NCBI RefSeq assembly: GCF_001194135.2
Contig: NC_068985.1
Location: 115,871,558 to 115,935,557 of the forward strand
DNA length: 64,000 nt
Direction of reading: 5' to 3'
Origin: Octopus bimaculoides
Lineage: Eukaryota
Positions 14,051 to 27,325 of the stretch are shown in pieces. Positions within the stretch are counted from its first letter, which is position 1. Every line of letters begins with the position of its first letter. The translations under genes and the position numbers were made by a program. Below the pieces are notes generated by a model, which worked only from the letters and a program-made list of their open reading frames with translations, did not search any database and had not been told where the DNA came from.

Positions 14051-14786
14051 TTAAATATTTAATCCATACATTTCATGTGTGACTTGGGAATATTTGGTAA
14101 GTGTTGTGTCTGATGTTATTAATTTGTTGTATTTATCTCTAAATTATTGTACTGCTTGCTCTATTACCCGTGTTTGAATAGAATGTGTTTTATTCTGTGC
14201 TTTCTTTGTTTGTTGTGATTCGTTTGATCATAAAGAACCCTAATAGCTTTTTTCCTTTTGTTTTGTTTTTTAAGTAGAGTTTTTACCACCGAAATACTTT
14301 TTATCTGTTTGGTCTTTCGCTGTTGTAATGTAAATATGTGACTTTAATCGTGTTTTTGGTGTAAACACATTAGTTGGCAACATATGGATACTTTACAGAA
14401 CTCCCTACAAACTATAGTGATGAATAATGGAGTTAATATTCCCGGTATATCCCAAAGCTAAAATAAATTAGTCACATACAAAACCAATCAACTCAATCAT
14501 GATTATAAATCACTGGATTGAACTGGTAGTGACTGCGCCAGTCTCATTGGCCTTACCTTCTAAGAAGCAACAACACATGGCAGTGTCATTTTCTCCATTG
14601 TCCAGGGAAATATGAAAGCCTAGACTCGTTGATCAGTCATTTGGTTATGTTACTCTTTCAAATAATCATGAAGAACTCGAACACAAGTTTGACAAAAAGA
14701 ATTAACATGAAAGTTGATAAACGCCAATTAAAACAAGGACTCAGTTGCGTTTGCAAATCCTTTCTATAAGGAAACGATGTCCTGTG

Positions 14787-14818
<32 letters not shown>

Positions 14819-15821
14819 TGTGTGTGTGTATGTATGTATGCCTCCAAGCATGTTCTGGATATGTATGTATGTACGTACGTATGTACATGTATATATGTAG
14901 TTACATGTGAGTAGTCTCTCTGTATGTATTTATAATACTTATTGGTTTGGAATATCTGGAGGCACATACATAAAACTATGACTATTAGTACGTAAATATC
15001 GGGTGTCAAAACCTTTTTTGATAGAAAATGTCAAATGCTGCCTGGGGCCTTGAAGCCTTCTCTTCTGTATACATGACCGGCGTTTGACTATTGTGTCAAA
15101 CGAATCCCTCAAACTTGTTTGTTGTTTTCATAAGTTTTATTCATACCAGAGAGAATTGTATGTTGGCGTCAAAATAATTTTATAAACTGCGAAAATGTTA
15201 ATTCTTCTTGTAAGTTCTCGAAGCACGCACTTAAATCTATGTATGTATTTAAATAGGTATATATGTATGTATATACGCATGTATATATCTATGTTCGCGC
15301 GCATGTATATATGTATGTATCTATTATATATGTATGTGTGTAGGTTGTCTTTCTCATTTAATTTTAGAATAAATTTTGACCGACCACTTACTTGTAGCAA
15401 GGCTGTGAAGGAGAGCATCTTGTTTTAATCATGATCCTTTAAATTTTAAAAGGGTTTTGCATATTCTTATAGTTCATGATATCATGATCATTTATAGAGC
15501 ATGAATTTAGAACTTACATTCTCACCCCCTAGATTCCATCTTTAGTCATGCTATGCTCTCGAGGTTGGTATGTATCCTGTTGCTCCAATATTAATAGGTG
15601 AAAATGTATCTGAAATACTTGATATGTCAACTTCCTATCACTGGTACATGTATATATTATTTCTATTGTATTTTTCTAAACACATATGTGTCCAGGGGTC
15701 AGATCATTCCGAGAACAGATTTTTCTTCTCCTTGTCGTGATACACAACAATATTTGTGTTTTAAGTTGATGGTTGTTTAAATGTTTATATTCCACAATTA
15801 TGCTTTTGACAGTCAACTTTC

Positions 15822-16240
15822 AAGGCGGCGAGCAGCCAGAAACGTTAGCACCCCGGGTGAAATGCTTAGCGTTATTTCGTCTGCCGTTACGTTCTGAGTT
15901 CAAATTCCGCCGTGGTCGACTTTGCCCTTAATCATATTGTGGTCGATAAATTAAGTACCAGTTACACACTGAGGTCGATATAATCGACTTAATCCCTTTG
16001 TCTGTTCTTTTTTGTCCCCTCTATGTTTAGCCCCTTGTGGGCAATAAAGAAATAAGTTAGCACGCCGGGCGAAATGTTTAGCGTCATTTCGTCTGTCTTT
16101 ACATTCTGAGTTCAAATTCCACCGAGGTCGACTTTGCTTTTCATCCTTTCAGTGTCTATGCATTAAGTACCAGTTGCATACTGCCGTCGATGTAATTAAC
16201 TCGGCCCTACCCCAAAATGTTGGGTCTTGTGCCTAGAATA
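15822..16240 (+). mobile_element. Two head-to-tail SINE family A copies
   Basis: Full copy at 15822-16054, immediately followed by a 5'-truncated copy from 16056 (GTTAGCACGCCGGGC). Confidence 0.9.
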
Positions 16241-16373
16241 CAAAAGTATACAGTCAACTTCGTCTGAAGGTGTTTTACTTTTTTGTTATTCTCTTCCAAG
16301 CTGTGTAATACGCCTGTTTTTGTTATTCTATACTAGCCACTGCATCATGCGTCATGGACGATAATGTATGCAA

Positions 16374-16408
<35 letters not shown>

Positions 16409-16800
16409 GTGTATATATGCATGCATGTATGTATGTATGTATGTATGTATGTACTATGTATGTATGTATTCTCAAGCACCCATCCTATTTGCATAATCCT
16501 AGATGCTGTTATTGGAATGCCATCGTTTCCCTGTTTACGCGGTTGAAATGGACGCAGACACACATACAAACTCACTTACACACTCATACACTCAAAATAC
16601 ATTCATGAGTGAAACACACAAATATGTCCCCACTCAACCTATGATTTACTATGTCTCTATTTTACATTTTGTGCGATATTCCTTTCTTATGTTGTTTGTC
16701 AATGTCTATCTTTTCGTTAATATAGCAATATCATTGTTTCTCTTTGACTGTTTGTATATAGTTCTCATTTTCTTTCTCTTCCTATCTCTAACGTTCTCAG

Positions 16801-16869
16801 GAGAAAAGCTTTACAAGTTCGTACAGTGCACGGTTGCCTGTGGAAACAACTTCAAGCAAACAGTTTATT
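16801..16869 (+). CDS. Candidate 69-nt plus-strand exon (all three frames open)
   Basis: Strong polypyrimidine tract with CTAAC branch point and TCTCAG| acceptor, donor TT|GTAAAT. Conflicts with the minus-strand gene model unless nested. Confidence 0.25.
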
Positions 16870-17359
16870 GTAAATATTGGAACATTTTCAAAAGTATAAT
16901 TAAATACAAAATTGATACACATGGAAGACTAAAAAGCAACAACCGCGTCTCTCGCTGCTGCACACTAAGTACACATTGTCACGGGTAACCGAATTGTTAC
17001 AAAGGGAAAATAAACAGCATGAAGTAATCTTATGCATAGAGAGAACGCATGCACGCATATACATGCATTGTACTTCTTTAATAGCACGCATCACGTCATA
17101 CGTAGCGTCATTCATTCATTGAGATATTTTGCACTAAACACTTCGATTACACGTTTGTATCTGAAACAATAATCCACACCGAATTCGTCTTTCTTATGTT
17201 TCCTGTGGTGTTCTTTCCGTTTTGCATTAAGCAAACAAACATTTCATGGAAGATATTTTATCAGCCCCTGTTGCATTTGTATTCTAGATAAGATTAAAAT
17301 TTGATGTTATTTAAACAAGTCTGGAAGTAAAATTTGCATATGAACTCGCAACTAAGTTC

Positions 17360-17560
17360 TGCAATCAGTAGGATTCACCCTTATCAATGTCAAATATGCC
17401 ACAGGATCAACAAATTTCAAAGAAGTCTGAATAAACATTTTATGTTTCGTCAAGATCAGAATACACAGCTTGTTCACGCTGCAAGAAGATTAATGTGCAC
17501 TCAATGTAGACGTCATTTTAAAGGTGTGTTTGGTCTACAAATAAGGATATGATCGCATAC
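17360..17560 (+). pseudogene. Degenerate tandem C2H2 zinc-finger coding fragment (probable LINE C-terminus)
   Basis: PYQCQICHRINKFQRSLNKHFMFRQ and LMCTQCRRHFKGVFGLQIRI*SH. His ligands are partly lost and there are no splice signals. Confidence 0.5.
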
Positions 17561-17619
17561 ATCGACTATACTGAGATTATTACACTCTGCATTGGGTGTA
17601 AAATCATTATGTAAATATA

Positions 17620-18200
17620 CAGTGCTCGATGGGTAAATTGTCACCATTTCATATTTTTAATTTCGCGCTTATGCATTGTTTGTTATTTATTTTGTCGACT
17701 ACAGTTGAGCATCTTCTGTGCAAAAAGCAGCACCATGACGCTAATTACTCTGCCAGTAATTTGCCAGTAATTTGGGAACTGCTTGGCATTCGCTACGGAC
17801 GCTCCAATACGAACATTTCAGAGTGTTTGAGCGTCAATCTCAGGAGAGTACAATCTCATGACATGCACCGAGAGTGATACAAATCAAACATCCAGTCAAC
17901 ATCATGGTGTTTGGAGTCATCACTAGTGCTGGCAACGTTATCCTTCCATTCATCTTCTCACACGACCTCAGACTCAACACGAAGGCCTACATCAAGTGCT
18001 TGCAGGAGGTAGAGCTGCCCTGATTCAACAGGGTCGCTGCTGGAAGACCCTATGTCTGGGAAGAGGACTCTGCACCATGGCGCATAAGCAGAAGAACCCA
18101 GTCAAGGCTGTCACACAATTTCTACAGTCACATCATCACTAGCATCTGGCCACCTACCCCTCCCCCCAGACTGCAATCCCTTTGATTAGTATGTGTGGCA
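17620..18200 (+). mobile_element. Tc1/mariner (maT/DD37D-like) transposon, internally deleted
   Basis: TA|CAGTG.. left end. N-terminal HTH LLGIRYGRSNTNISECLSVNLRRVQ is joined to catalytic motifs KHPVNIMVFGVITSAG, YVWEEDSAP and IWPP.(S)PDCNPFD*YVW. Confidence 0.8.
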
Positions 18201-18353
18201 GAAAATGGCTGAAATGGCACTCAGTATTTGGGCAAGAGTTACATATATCATTTAATCACAATTTGAAATTACCTGAAGCTGAGTCAAGCTGTTATTCAAT
18301 TATATATACATACATACACACACACACACACACACGCACACACATACACACAC

Positions 18354-18407
<54 letters not shown>

Positions 18408-18419
18408 TTACGTCTCGCC

Positions 18420-20585
18420 AACGATTTGCAAAGAAGGTCACAGATGCTGGAAGTATGAGGGTTACAGGTCAGTGCAGGTGGTACATTTTGCAGCCACTTT
18501 TCTCTTTTTGATTTGCACCTGGAAACCTGTTAATGCTGGTTGCAACAAAGCTATTAATACCGTTTTGACACAACAAACTCCATTTTGTTCACTCCAAGGC
18601 TGTTTGCTCAAAGGTGTTGTGAGCTATCTTCATTTGTAAGAGGTTACTCTTCAGCATTTCCTGGTATCTGAGCCATGGTCAACCAACATTCCTGTGCCCA
18701 ATCTCAAACTGGCTGTATATGAGGACTTTGGGGGTATTCATTCGTCACTCATTCTGGTAACAGGGCCAGCCCAGCGCAAATGTGATGGTATACTGTAGCT
18801 CTCGATTCCACCAATCTTACACCTGCTAAACAGGTCGGAATTAGAAACTCTGTCTTTCAGTGAATAACCTCAGATTGTCCTCAGACAGCCTTTGTGAAAG
18901 ATGTCTAGTTCGCTAATGTGCCGTATATACGGTGTCCACGATTCTGAGCCATACAAAAGAGTAGTAGTTAGAATGGCAGCTTTATAAACCTGCACTTTGG
19001 TGTCAAGTTTGATGCCCCTTTCGTTCTACAGGCAAAGAAGGAGTTTTGCCAAATGCAGTGGTTGCTTTTACAAGATGGTTTACGATTTCATCATCAAGGG
19101 AAGCGCTCAAATTCACTTTACTACCAAGATATTAAAATGACTTTACATAATTTAGGCTTTTCCCATCGGCCTGTATAGGAGTGTCAGGAAAATTGTGAAC
19201 TGGTAGCCTCTGCTGGACACTTCGAATTTGTTTAGGAGTAGGGCATAGTTGGTGGATTACTTCCGTCTTCTTTACGCTGATGGTCAAACCAAAAGCTTTA
19301 CATGCAACAGAAAACCTGTCTAGAAGTTTCTGAGCTTCCTCTAAGGACGTCACTACAAGTGAAGTATCATCTGCAAACAGTAGACCACGAATGATACTGG
19401 TGAGTAACATTTTTCTGGCTTTGAAACGATGATGATTGAATAGTCCACCATTTTGTTTGAAACTTGAATTTGACACCACTTTGTATGTCAGCAAAAGTAT
19501 ACCACTGCATCACTGAAAAGAAGAACGCAAACAAAACAGAGGGCATAACACAACCTTGTTTTGTGCCGTTTGTAATGCCGAAGGAAGCCGAGGTTTCCCC
19601 ACCAGACGCGTCAGCAGCTTTCATTTCCTCATTAAAGGAGATGATAACTTTCACCATCTTGACAGGTATACTGAGCTTTTTCAGACCTTTCCATAGTGCT
19701 TACCAGTTAACAGAGTCGAAAGCCTTAGTAAAGTAAACGAATACAATGAACAACTCCTAATTTTTCTCATGTACTTTCACCATGACCTATCGAAGGGAAA
19801 AGATTATGTCGGTAGTGCCATGACTAGAGAGAAATCCGTACTGTGATTCTGGATAGATATCATTTACAAAGTGTTTGATGATTCTCTCAAGAATGAGACG
19901 TGCAATAATCTGACCAGCAATAGACAGAAGCAATATCCAACGATGATTATCACAGACACTTCAATTTCCCTTGTTGTTATAAAGATGTTGAATTGAGGCA
20001 TCCTTGAACTCCTTTGGCCCCATCAAAATATTTACGAAGACGTCATGCAGTTTCTAAAAAACCTTCTGTCCACCAAGCTTATAGATTTCAGAAGGGACAG
20101 CATCCTTTCCAAGCGCTTTACCAGAAAGGATTTGTTGCATAGAGTTTACCACTTCCAGGAAGGTTGACCCCAGAGACAGTTCTGTTGTTTCAGTGGGTTG
20201 TAGAATAGGTGTTATAACATCAACATTAGTGACTGAGGTCACTCAAGTTCAACACGGCTTCGAAGTGATCTTTCCATTCTCTTAGGACGTTAGATTTGTC
20301 ACTCAACATTGCCTTTATTGGATGAATAAATAGGAATAACACCGTGCTCTTGAGGAACACACACTTTCTTGAGGTTATCATAAAAGGCTTTAGAATCCTT
20401 TCTATCTGCAGCTTCTTGGAGTTCAGTAGCCTTGGAAGATCACCAAGCCTTTTTTTCTGTTTCAGAGCCCGCTGGACCTGGCCTCTGCATTTCTTATAGG
20501 CATTCTCTTTTCTGAATGAGCTCTTGTCATTTATCCATGTTCTGTGAGTCTGTGCATTTTATCTATCAACTGTTGGAATCTTTTT
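18420..20585 (-). mobile_element. RTE-clade LINE, 5'-truncated, degraded ORF (RT plus C-terminal region)
   Basis: ATELQEAADRKDSKAFYDNLKKV, FGITNGTKQGCVMPSVLF, RGLLFADDTSLV, FSVACKAFGLTISVKKTEV, VYKAAILTTTLLYGSESW and a terminal ICDLLCKS zinc-finger start. Followed by a (TG)n tract. Confidence 0.9.
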
Positions 20586-21217
20586 GGACTGTTGGAATCT
20601 TTTTGTATAGTTTTGCATGTGTGCATGTGTATGCGTGCGCGCGTTTCTATCTCTGTTTGTACACCATTAAGCTTGAGAACCAGTGTTTTTCTTTACATCC
20701 TCATATTCTAACAGTTCGACAATGACACCAGATCAAATAAGTACCAGATTTAAATTAAAAGCATTGTGGTAGAGCAATTCGATGAAAAAGAAAACCTTCA
20801 GTGTTCAAACACTACCAAAATCCCCTGACTGACACAATTTATATGTAAAAAGGCAAAAGATAAACGAAAAAAATATATACATTCTAGAAAATAATATTTT
20901 ACCACCATTAGGTTGTTTGATCTGGTCTAACACCAATTGACAAAAGTATAACGTTTAAATTGTTACTATACAAGTGTTCTTCAATGTTGTGTAATCTATT
21001 TACTTCCATAATATTTGTAATAAATAGATTTCCTTTGTTTGTCGAATCAAATTAAGATAAATTACGAAGTTAGGCATTTTGTTTTTTTCCATAATTAATC
21101 TCTAGAGAATTTAAATTTCGAGACGACTATTAGTCACAGAAGTGGCGAACACTTACTAAAAATCAGTTATTTAGCTAAATCTAAGTGAAAAGGGAAGGAG
21201 ATGCGAATGAACAAGAT

Positions 21218-21345
21218 CAGATGTTCTCAATGGGGACATATGGCCCCGATGGCGGGGAAATTTGAGGGTCGATGGAGGCGTTTTGGAGTAAAGGGCCACT
21301 AAGGGGGGCGTTAAGAGACTTGCTGTTTGTAATGTTTTTGTTAAG
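21218..21345 (+). mobile_element. Possible hAT-like DNA transposon end
   Basis: CAGATGTTCTCAA...CATATGGCCCC GC-rich start resembles hAT/Charlie termini (CAGTGGTTCTCAA). No partner TIR found. Confidence 0.3.
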
Positions 21346-21691
21346 TTAGAATTTCTCTGCTTTGGTCAGGATTTTCCAGTTTCCTGCACCAAGCAATGGA
21401 CAGAAGCATTTGATGAAAATTAAACTCATAGAGCCGAACAAAAGCAAGAATATTGATTTAAATCGTAACGATGGACAGGAGTAAACATTTTCCCGTTTCC
21501 TTAATACTAACAAGAACATATTATGAGAAAGATTTGACTGTTATTTCTAGCAAATTGAAGAACCACACACAGTGTATTTCATTGGTTCATATATTGATGT
21601 GTATAAGTAAAAAATAAAACTAAAGGAAAAACTAACACTAGGAAACTCACAGACACACACACACGTGTGTATGTATATATAAATTTATATA

Positions 21692-22665
21692 NNNNNNNNN
21701 NNNNNNNNNNNNNNNNNNNNNNNNNNNNNNNNNNNNNNNNNNNNNNNNNNNNNNNNNNNNNNNNNNNNNNNNNNNNNNNNNNNNNNNNNNNNNNNNNNNN
21801 NNNNNNNNNNNNNNNNNNNNNNNNNNNNNNNNNNNNNNNNNNNNNNNNNNNNNNNNNNNNNNNNNNNNNNNNNNNNNNNNNNNNNNNNNNNNNNNNNNNN
21901 NNNNNNNNNNNNNNNNNNNNNNNNNNNNNNNNNNNNNNNNNNNNNNNNNNNNNNNNNNNNNNNNNNNNNNNNNNNNNNNNNNNNNNNNNNNNNNNNNNNN
22001 NNNNNNNNNNNNNNNNNNNNNNNNNNNNNNNNNNNNNNNNNNNNNNNNNNNNNNNNNNNNNNNNNNNNNNNNNNNNNNNNNNNNNNNNNNNNNNNNNNNN
22101 NNNNNNNNNNNNNNNNNNNNNNNNNNNNNNNNNNNNNNNNNNNNNNNNNNNNNNNNNNNNNNNNNNNNNNNNNNNNNNNNNNNNNNNNNNNNNNNNNNNN
22201 NNNNNNNNNNNNNNNNNNNNNNNNNNNNNNNNNNNNNNNNNNNNNNNNNNNNNNNNNNNNNNNNNNNNNNNNNNNNNNNNNNNNNNNNNNNNNNNNNNNN
22301 NNNNNNNNNNNNNNNNNNNNNNNNNNNNNNNNNNNNNNNNNNNNNNNNNNNNNNNNNNNNNNNNNNNNNNNNNNNNNNNNNNNNNNNNNNNNNNNNNNNN
22401 NNNNNNNNNNNNNNNNNNNNNNNNNNNNNNNNNNNNNNNNNNNNNNNNNNNNNNNNNNNNNNNNNNNNNNNNNNNNNNNNNNNNNNNNNNNNNNNNNNNN
22501 NNNNNNNNNNNNNNNNNNNNNNNNNNNNNNNNNNNNNNNNNNNNNNNNNNNNNNNNNNNNNNNNNNNNNNNNNNNNNNNNNNNNNNNNNNNNNNNNNNNN
22601 NNNNNNNNNNNNNNNNNNNNNNNNNNNNNNNNNNNNNNNNNNNNNNNNNNNNNNNNNNNNNNNNN
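21692..22665. other. Assembly gap (example; others include 25947-26908, 27351-28065, 28878-29390, 30094-30540, 35669-36424, 41556-42319, 44130-44816, 62956-63512)
   Basis: N runs, mostly flanked by dinucleotide microsatellites. Confidence 0.99.
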
Positions 22666-23074
22666 AGACTCTCATAGTAACAGATCTCCCAAAAATCTAT
22701 TTCCTTAGTTTATAGATACTGTTTCTGGCACACATATTTACGCAATTTTTATTTTGAAGTATTTAAAAAATTATTTGGAAATTATAAAGAGAAACCAAAG
22801 GTAGATTCGGACTGTCCGTATTTTAAATCCACGAATTTAAAACAAATTGTGTGTCAAATTCTTTCGCCAGACGTTCATGTCTTCTTAGGAATAAGCGTGG
22901 AACACTGCATCAAAATAACCAATTTTCAGATTGTTTAGTTCCTTTTAAAAACTTTAGATTTTGTGAATGAAACAAACTAGATCCTGAATAAGAAATGAAT
23001 GTTTAATATGACACATTTTCGTATGTTTATACGTCATTTTAAAAGGGGACTGATTTTGTGACTCAAACTAACTA

Positions 23075-23420
23075 TTTAGATCCCGTAAAGAAGAACAGCT
23101 TTGAGGTTAGAATTCAAGATACGTAATTTTGTTTTGAGAGAGATACCTTTAGATTTCCAGACCGATTGAAGGCCGTTCAAAGCGTACAGGGTCTTGCCGA
23201 AACAAGATATCACATCCGCCTGCGTTTCACCAGTTGTGAAGATGCTGCCTAGACGCCAAATTTTTTCCTTCTCTGGAAGTGCTTTGGTGCCAATTCTAAT
23301 TGGTTCGTGGTGTGAGGTGTTCAGCCTCAACATTTCCGTTTCCTTTTGGTTCACCTTGGGACCCATTTTTATTGCCCGTTCAGTTAACTTCAAGACCTGG
23401 ACTGTAAATGCTGGTGGTTA
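23075..23420 (-). mobile_element. RTE-type LINE fragment (post-RT region)
   Basis: GPKVNQKETEMLRLN...LGSIFTT..ADVISCFGKTLYALNGLQSVWKSKGISLKTKLRILNSNLKAVLLYG. Confidence 0.8.
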
Positions 23421-24343
23421 TATAATAGCAATCCTAGGCTGAGATTAATTCATCACATTGCGTGTGCAATATCACACTGAATGAAACATCGAGAGAATCC
23501 GGCAAAGGATTTCTTTGAACCGGCACATGTGGAGGTGAATTATACACCTTGTGATTTCACGATATCTCACTGATGTAGTAAAGGAGTAAATATGTGTCGA
23601 AACAATTATAGTGTTTTATAATAAAGATTGCCGTTAACGTCATTTCCTATGTTATATATACATGTATATATATACATATATATACATATACATACATATA
23701 TATGTGTGTGTATGTATGTGTGCGTGTATGTATTCGTGTATGAATATATATTTGTGTGTGTATGAATACATACATATATGTACGTATAAGTTTGTATATA
23801 TATTTATATATTTATATATATATATATATATATTTATATAATCATATATATATAATATATATTTATATACACATAATTATACATATTTCCATATGTGTGT
23901 GCGCGTAAGTGTTTATCGCGAGAGAGCTTATCTGTGCCTACGTGAGTGTATGCAAACAACTGTAAAACTCCAAAGGTTAGCAGTGGAAGGAAACAATTAA
24001 CTTGTCGACACTTGTATGGAAAGCTTTGACGTCAAAGTGTCTCCACCATTGAATCCGACACACACACACACACCCACACACACACACACGCACACACACA
24101 TCACACACAAACACACCGCACACACACATCACACACAAACACACCGCACACACACTACACACACGTATACACACAATCATTGAGATACAGAAGCACATAC
24201 ACCCACAAGAATATTCATAGTATTGTCTTTGTGAATATCTGTCCATATATATACTCGGACGTGCATATGTACACACATACATATATAGAAACATAATTTT
24301 TTGTATATGTGTATGTATACACAGACACACACAGACACACACA

Positions 24344-24397
<54 letters not shown>

Positions 24398-24624
24398 NNN
24401 NNNNNNNNNNNNNNNNNNNNNNNNNNNNNNNNNNNNNNNNNNNNNNNNNNNNNNNNNNNNNNNNNNNNNNNNNNNNNNNNNNNNNNNNNNNNNNNNNNNN
24501 NNNNNNNNNNNNNNNNNNNNNNNNNNNNNNNNNNNNNNNNNNNNNNNNNNNNNNNNNNNNNNNNNNNNNNNNNNNNNNNNNNNNNNNNNNNNNNNNGCTG
24601 TGTGTGTGTGTGTGTGAGTGTGTG

Positions 24625-24674
<50 letters not shown>

Positions 24675-25424
24675 AGTGTGTGTGTGTGATTGTATATGTG
24701 TTTCTGCATTCGTGTCCGGCTCTGTATGTGTAGGTATGAACTGGATATTTTTATGCTTTCAACGCATTTTCAGGTATATTATCTTATCGCATCATCTGTT
24801 TGTTTAGGTCTATATGTTGTATTGCCTGTAGATATATTTGCATATAATCCCATTGGAATGTTGATATTTGAGAACAGATTGTTCTGTTTCCAGAAGGTAA
24901 CATCTGATAAATTCCGTATTACATGTTATTGTAATCTCATATTTGTATCACACTAACGCACATATACACACACATATACACACACATACACACATACACA
25001 CGCACACAGAATATATTATTAAGAAAAACCACTTAAATATGATCATACTATGTATTCAATCACAGCGCAGCTATCGCTTTGTAGCTCATTCAGTTAAAAC
25101 TAACAGCAAAATCTTCTTTAAATCACAAAATATTTCTTTTGTGATATACTAAGAATTTCGTCAACAAGCGTGACTCTCTCATTGTGGCTCGAACTGATAG
25201 AAATAGCCACGATATTTTCCTCAAATCACAATGTAAGAGCCTTAAACTCGTGGATAGAAATATGTAGACTCTACATATTTTAGAGGATAATGAATTCAAA
25301 TGAATACTTAACAAAATTGGGAAGCTCATATCCAGACGCGAATGACTTTATTAAAAGTATATAGTATATGTTATACAACGGAGGACAAATAAAAGAAAAA
25401 AATTATTGCACATATAAGGTGTAG

Positions 25425-25560
25425 ATATATCTAAGTGGGTAAGACGCTAACTTTTCAACCACGTGGTTTCAGGTTCAGTGTCACAATTCGACGCCTTCTA
25501 CGATAGCACCGAACTGAGACTCGCAAGTGGATTTCGTAGACAGAACTGGCGTGGAAGCCC
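25425..25560 (+). mobile_element. SINE family B 5' half
   Basis: CAACCACGTGGTTTCAGGTTCAG..GTGGATTTCGTAGACAGAACTG..AAGCCCGTC(AC)n. Confidence 0.7.
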
Positions 25561-25561
25561 G

Positions 25562-25648
<87 letters not shown>

Positions 25649-25913
25649 ATCAAAATAAGCAACAAGGATATCCAAAATTAATGCAGTACGATCATTATTT
25701 AAGCAATGTGAACATTACATCAAATGTAAAATGCAGAGAAATCCTCAGCTACACAAAGATATAGAAATTTACTGAAATTTCATTTCAACAGAAGAACATA
25801 TTATTGCACATATAAGGTGCTTATTTTGATTTTAATCACCTTATTTTGGAATTGCATGGAAAACACCATACTTAATTCTGGTGCCTAAACTTAAATACTA
25901 TATTCACCTTGAA

Positions 25914-25946
<33 letters not shown>

Positions 25947-26949
25947 NNNNNNNNNNNNNNNNNNNNNNNNNNNNNNNNNNNNNNNNNNNNNNNNNNNNNN
26001 NNNNNNNNNNNNNNNNNNNNNNNNNNNNNNNNNNNNNNNNNNNNNNNNNNNNNNNNNNNNNNNNNNNNNNNNNNNNNNNNNNNNNNNNNNNNNNNNNNNN
26101 NNNNNNNNNNNNNNNNNNNNNNNNNNNNNNNNNNNNNNNNNNNNNNNNNNNNNNNNNNNNNNNNNNNNNNNNNNNNNNNNNNNNNNNNNNNNNNNNNNNN
26201 NNNNNNNNNNNNNNNNNNNNNNNNNNNNNNNNNNNNNNNNNNNNNNNNNNNNNNNNNNNNNNNNNNNNNNNNNNNNNNNNNNNNNNNNNNNNNNNNNNNN
26301 NNNNNNNNNNNNNNNNNNNNNNNNNNNNNNNNNNNNNNNNNNNNNNNNNNNNNNNNNNNNNNNNNNNNNNNNNNNNNNNNNNNNNNNNNNNNNNNNNNNN
26401 NNNNNNNNNNNNNNNNNNNNNNNNNNNNNNNNNNNNNNNNNNNNNNNNNNNNNNNNNNNNNNNNNNNNNNNNNNNNNNNNNNNNNNNNNNNNNNNNNNNN
26501 NNNNNNNNNNNNNNNNNNNNNNNNNNNNNNNNNNNNNNNNNNNNNNNNNNNNNNNNNNNNNNNNNNNNNNNNNNNNNNNNNNNNNNNNNNNNNNNNNNNN
26601 NNNNNNNNNNNNNNNNNNNNNNNNNNNNNNNNNNNNNNNNNNNNNNNNNNNNNNNNNNNNNNNNNNNNNNNNNNNNNNNNNNNNNNNNNNNNNNNNNNNN
26701 NNNNNNNNNNNNNNNNNNNNNNNNNNNNNNNNNNNNNNNNNNNNNNNNNNNNNNNNNNNNNNNNNNNNNNNNNNNNNNNNNNNNNNNNNNNNNNNNNNNN
26801 NNNNNNNNNNNNNNNNNNNNNNNNNNNNNNNNNNNNNNNNNNNNNNNNNNNNNNNNNNNNNNNNNNNNNNNNNNNNNNNNNNNNNNNNNNNNNNNNNNNN
26901 NNNNNNNNATATATATATATATATATATACATATATTCTTTTAATTGGT

Positions 26950-27214
26950 TCAGTCATTTTACTGAACCAAATCCACTCACAAGCCTTTGGTCGGCTTGAG
27001 GCTAATGAGTTAGGCACTTGTACAAAGTGCTTCACAGTGGAATTTAACCGTTTTTAGTCAAACACATCGACTCAAGGACTTGTTCTTTGTAAACTTAGAA
27101 CTTCTTCTATCGCTTCCTTTTTCCGAACCGCCAAAGTTATGGGAATGTAAACACACCAACATTTGTTCTCAAGTGATGTTGGGTGCACAAGCACATATAC
27201 ACAAACATATCCGC

Positions 27215-27294
<80 letters not shown>

Positions 27295-27325
27295 GACGGA
27301 CTTCTTTCAGTTTCCGTTGCCTAGC
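26950..27325 (-). mobile_element. Two SINE family B fragments
   Basis: AATCCACTCACAAGCCTTTGGTCGGCTTGAGGC; CCGAACCGCCAAAGTTATGGG..GTAAACACACCAAC; ACGACGGACTTCTTTCAGTTTCCG. Confidence 0.7.

Noticed and set aside
23570-23625. HHR-like CTGATGT...GAAAC-AATT-ATA
   Set aside because: Core mutated (G8/A9 region and cleavage triplet), and neither stem II nor stem I pairs. At best a dead relic.
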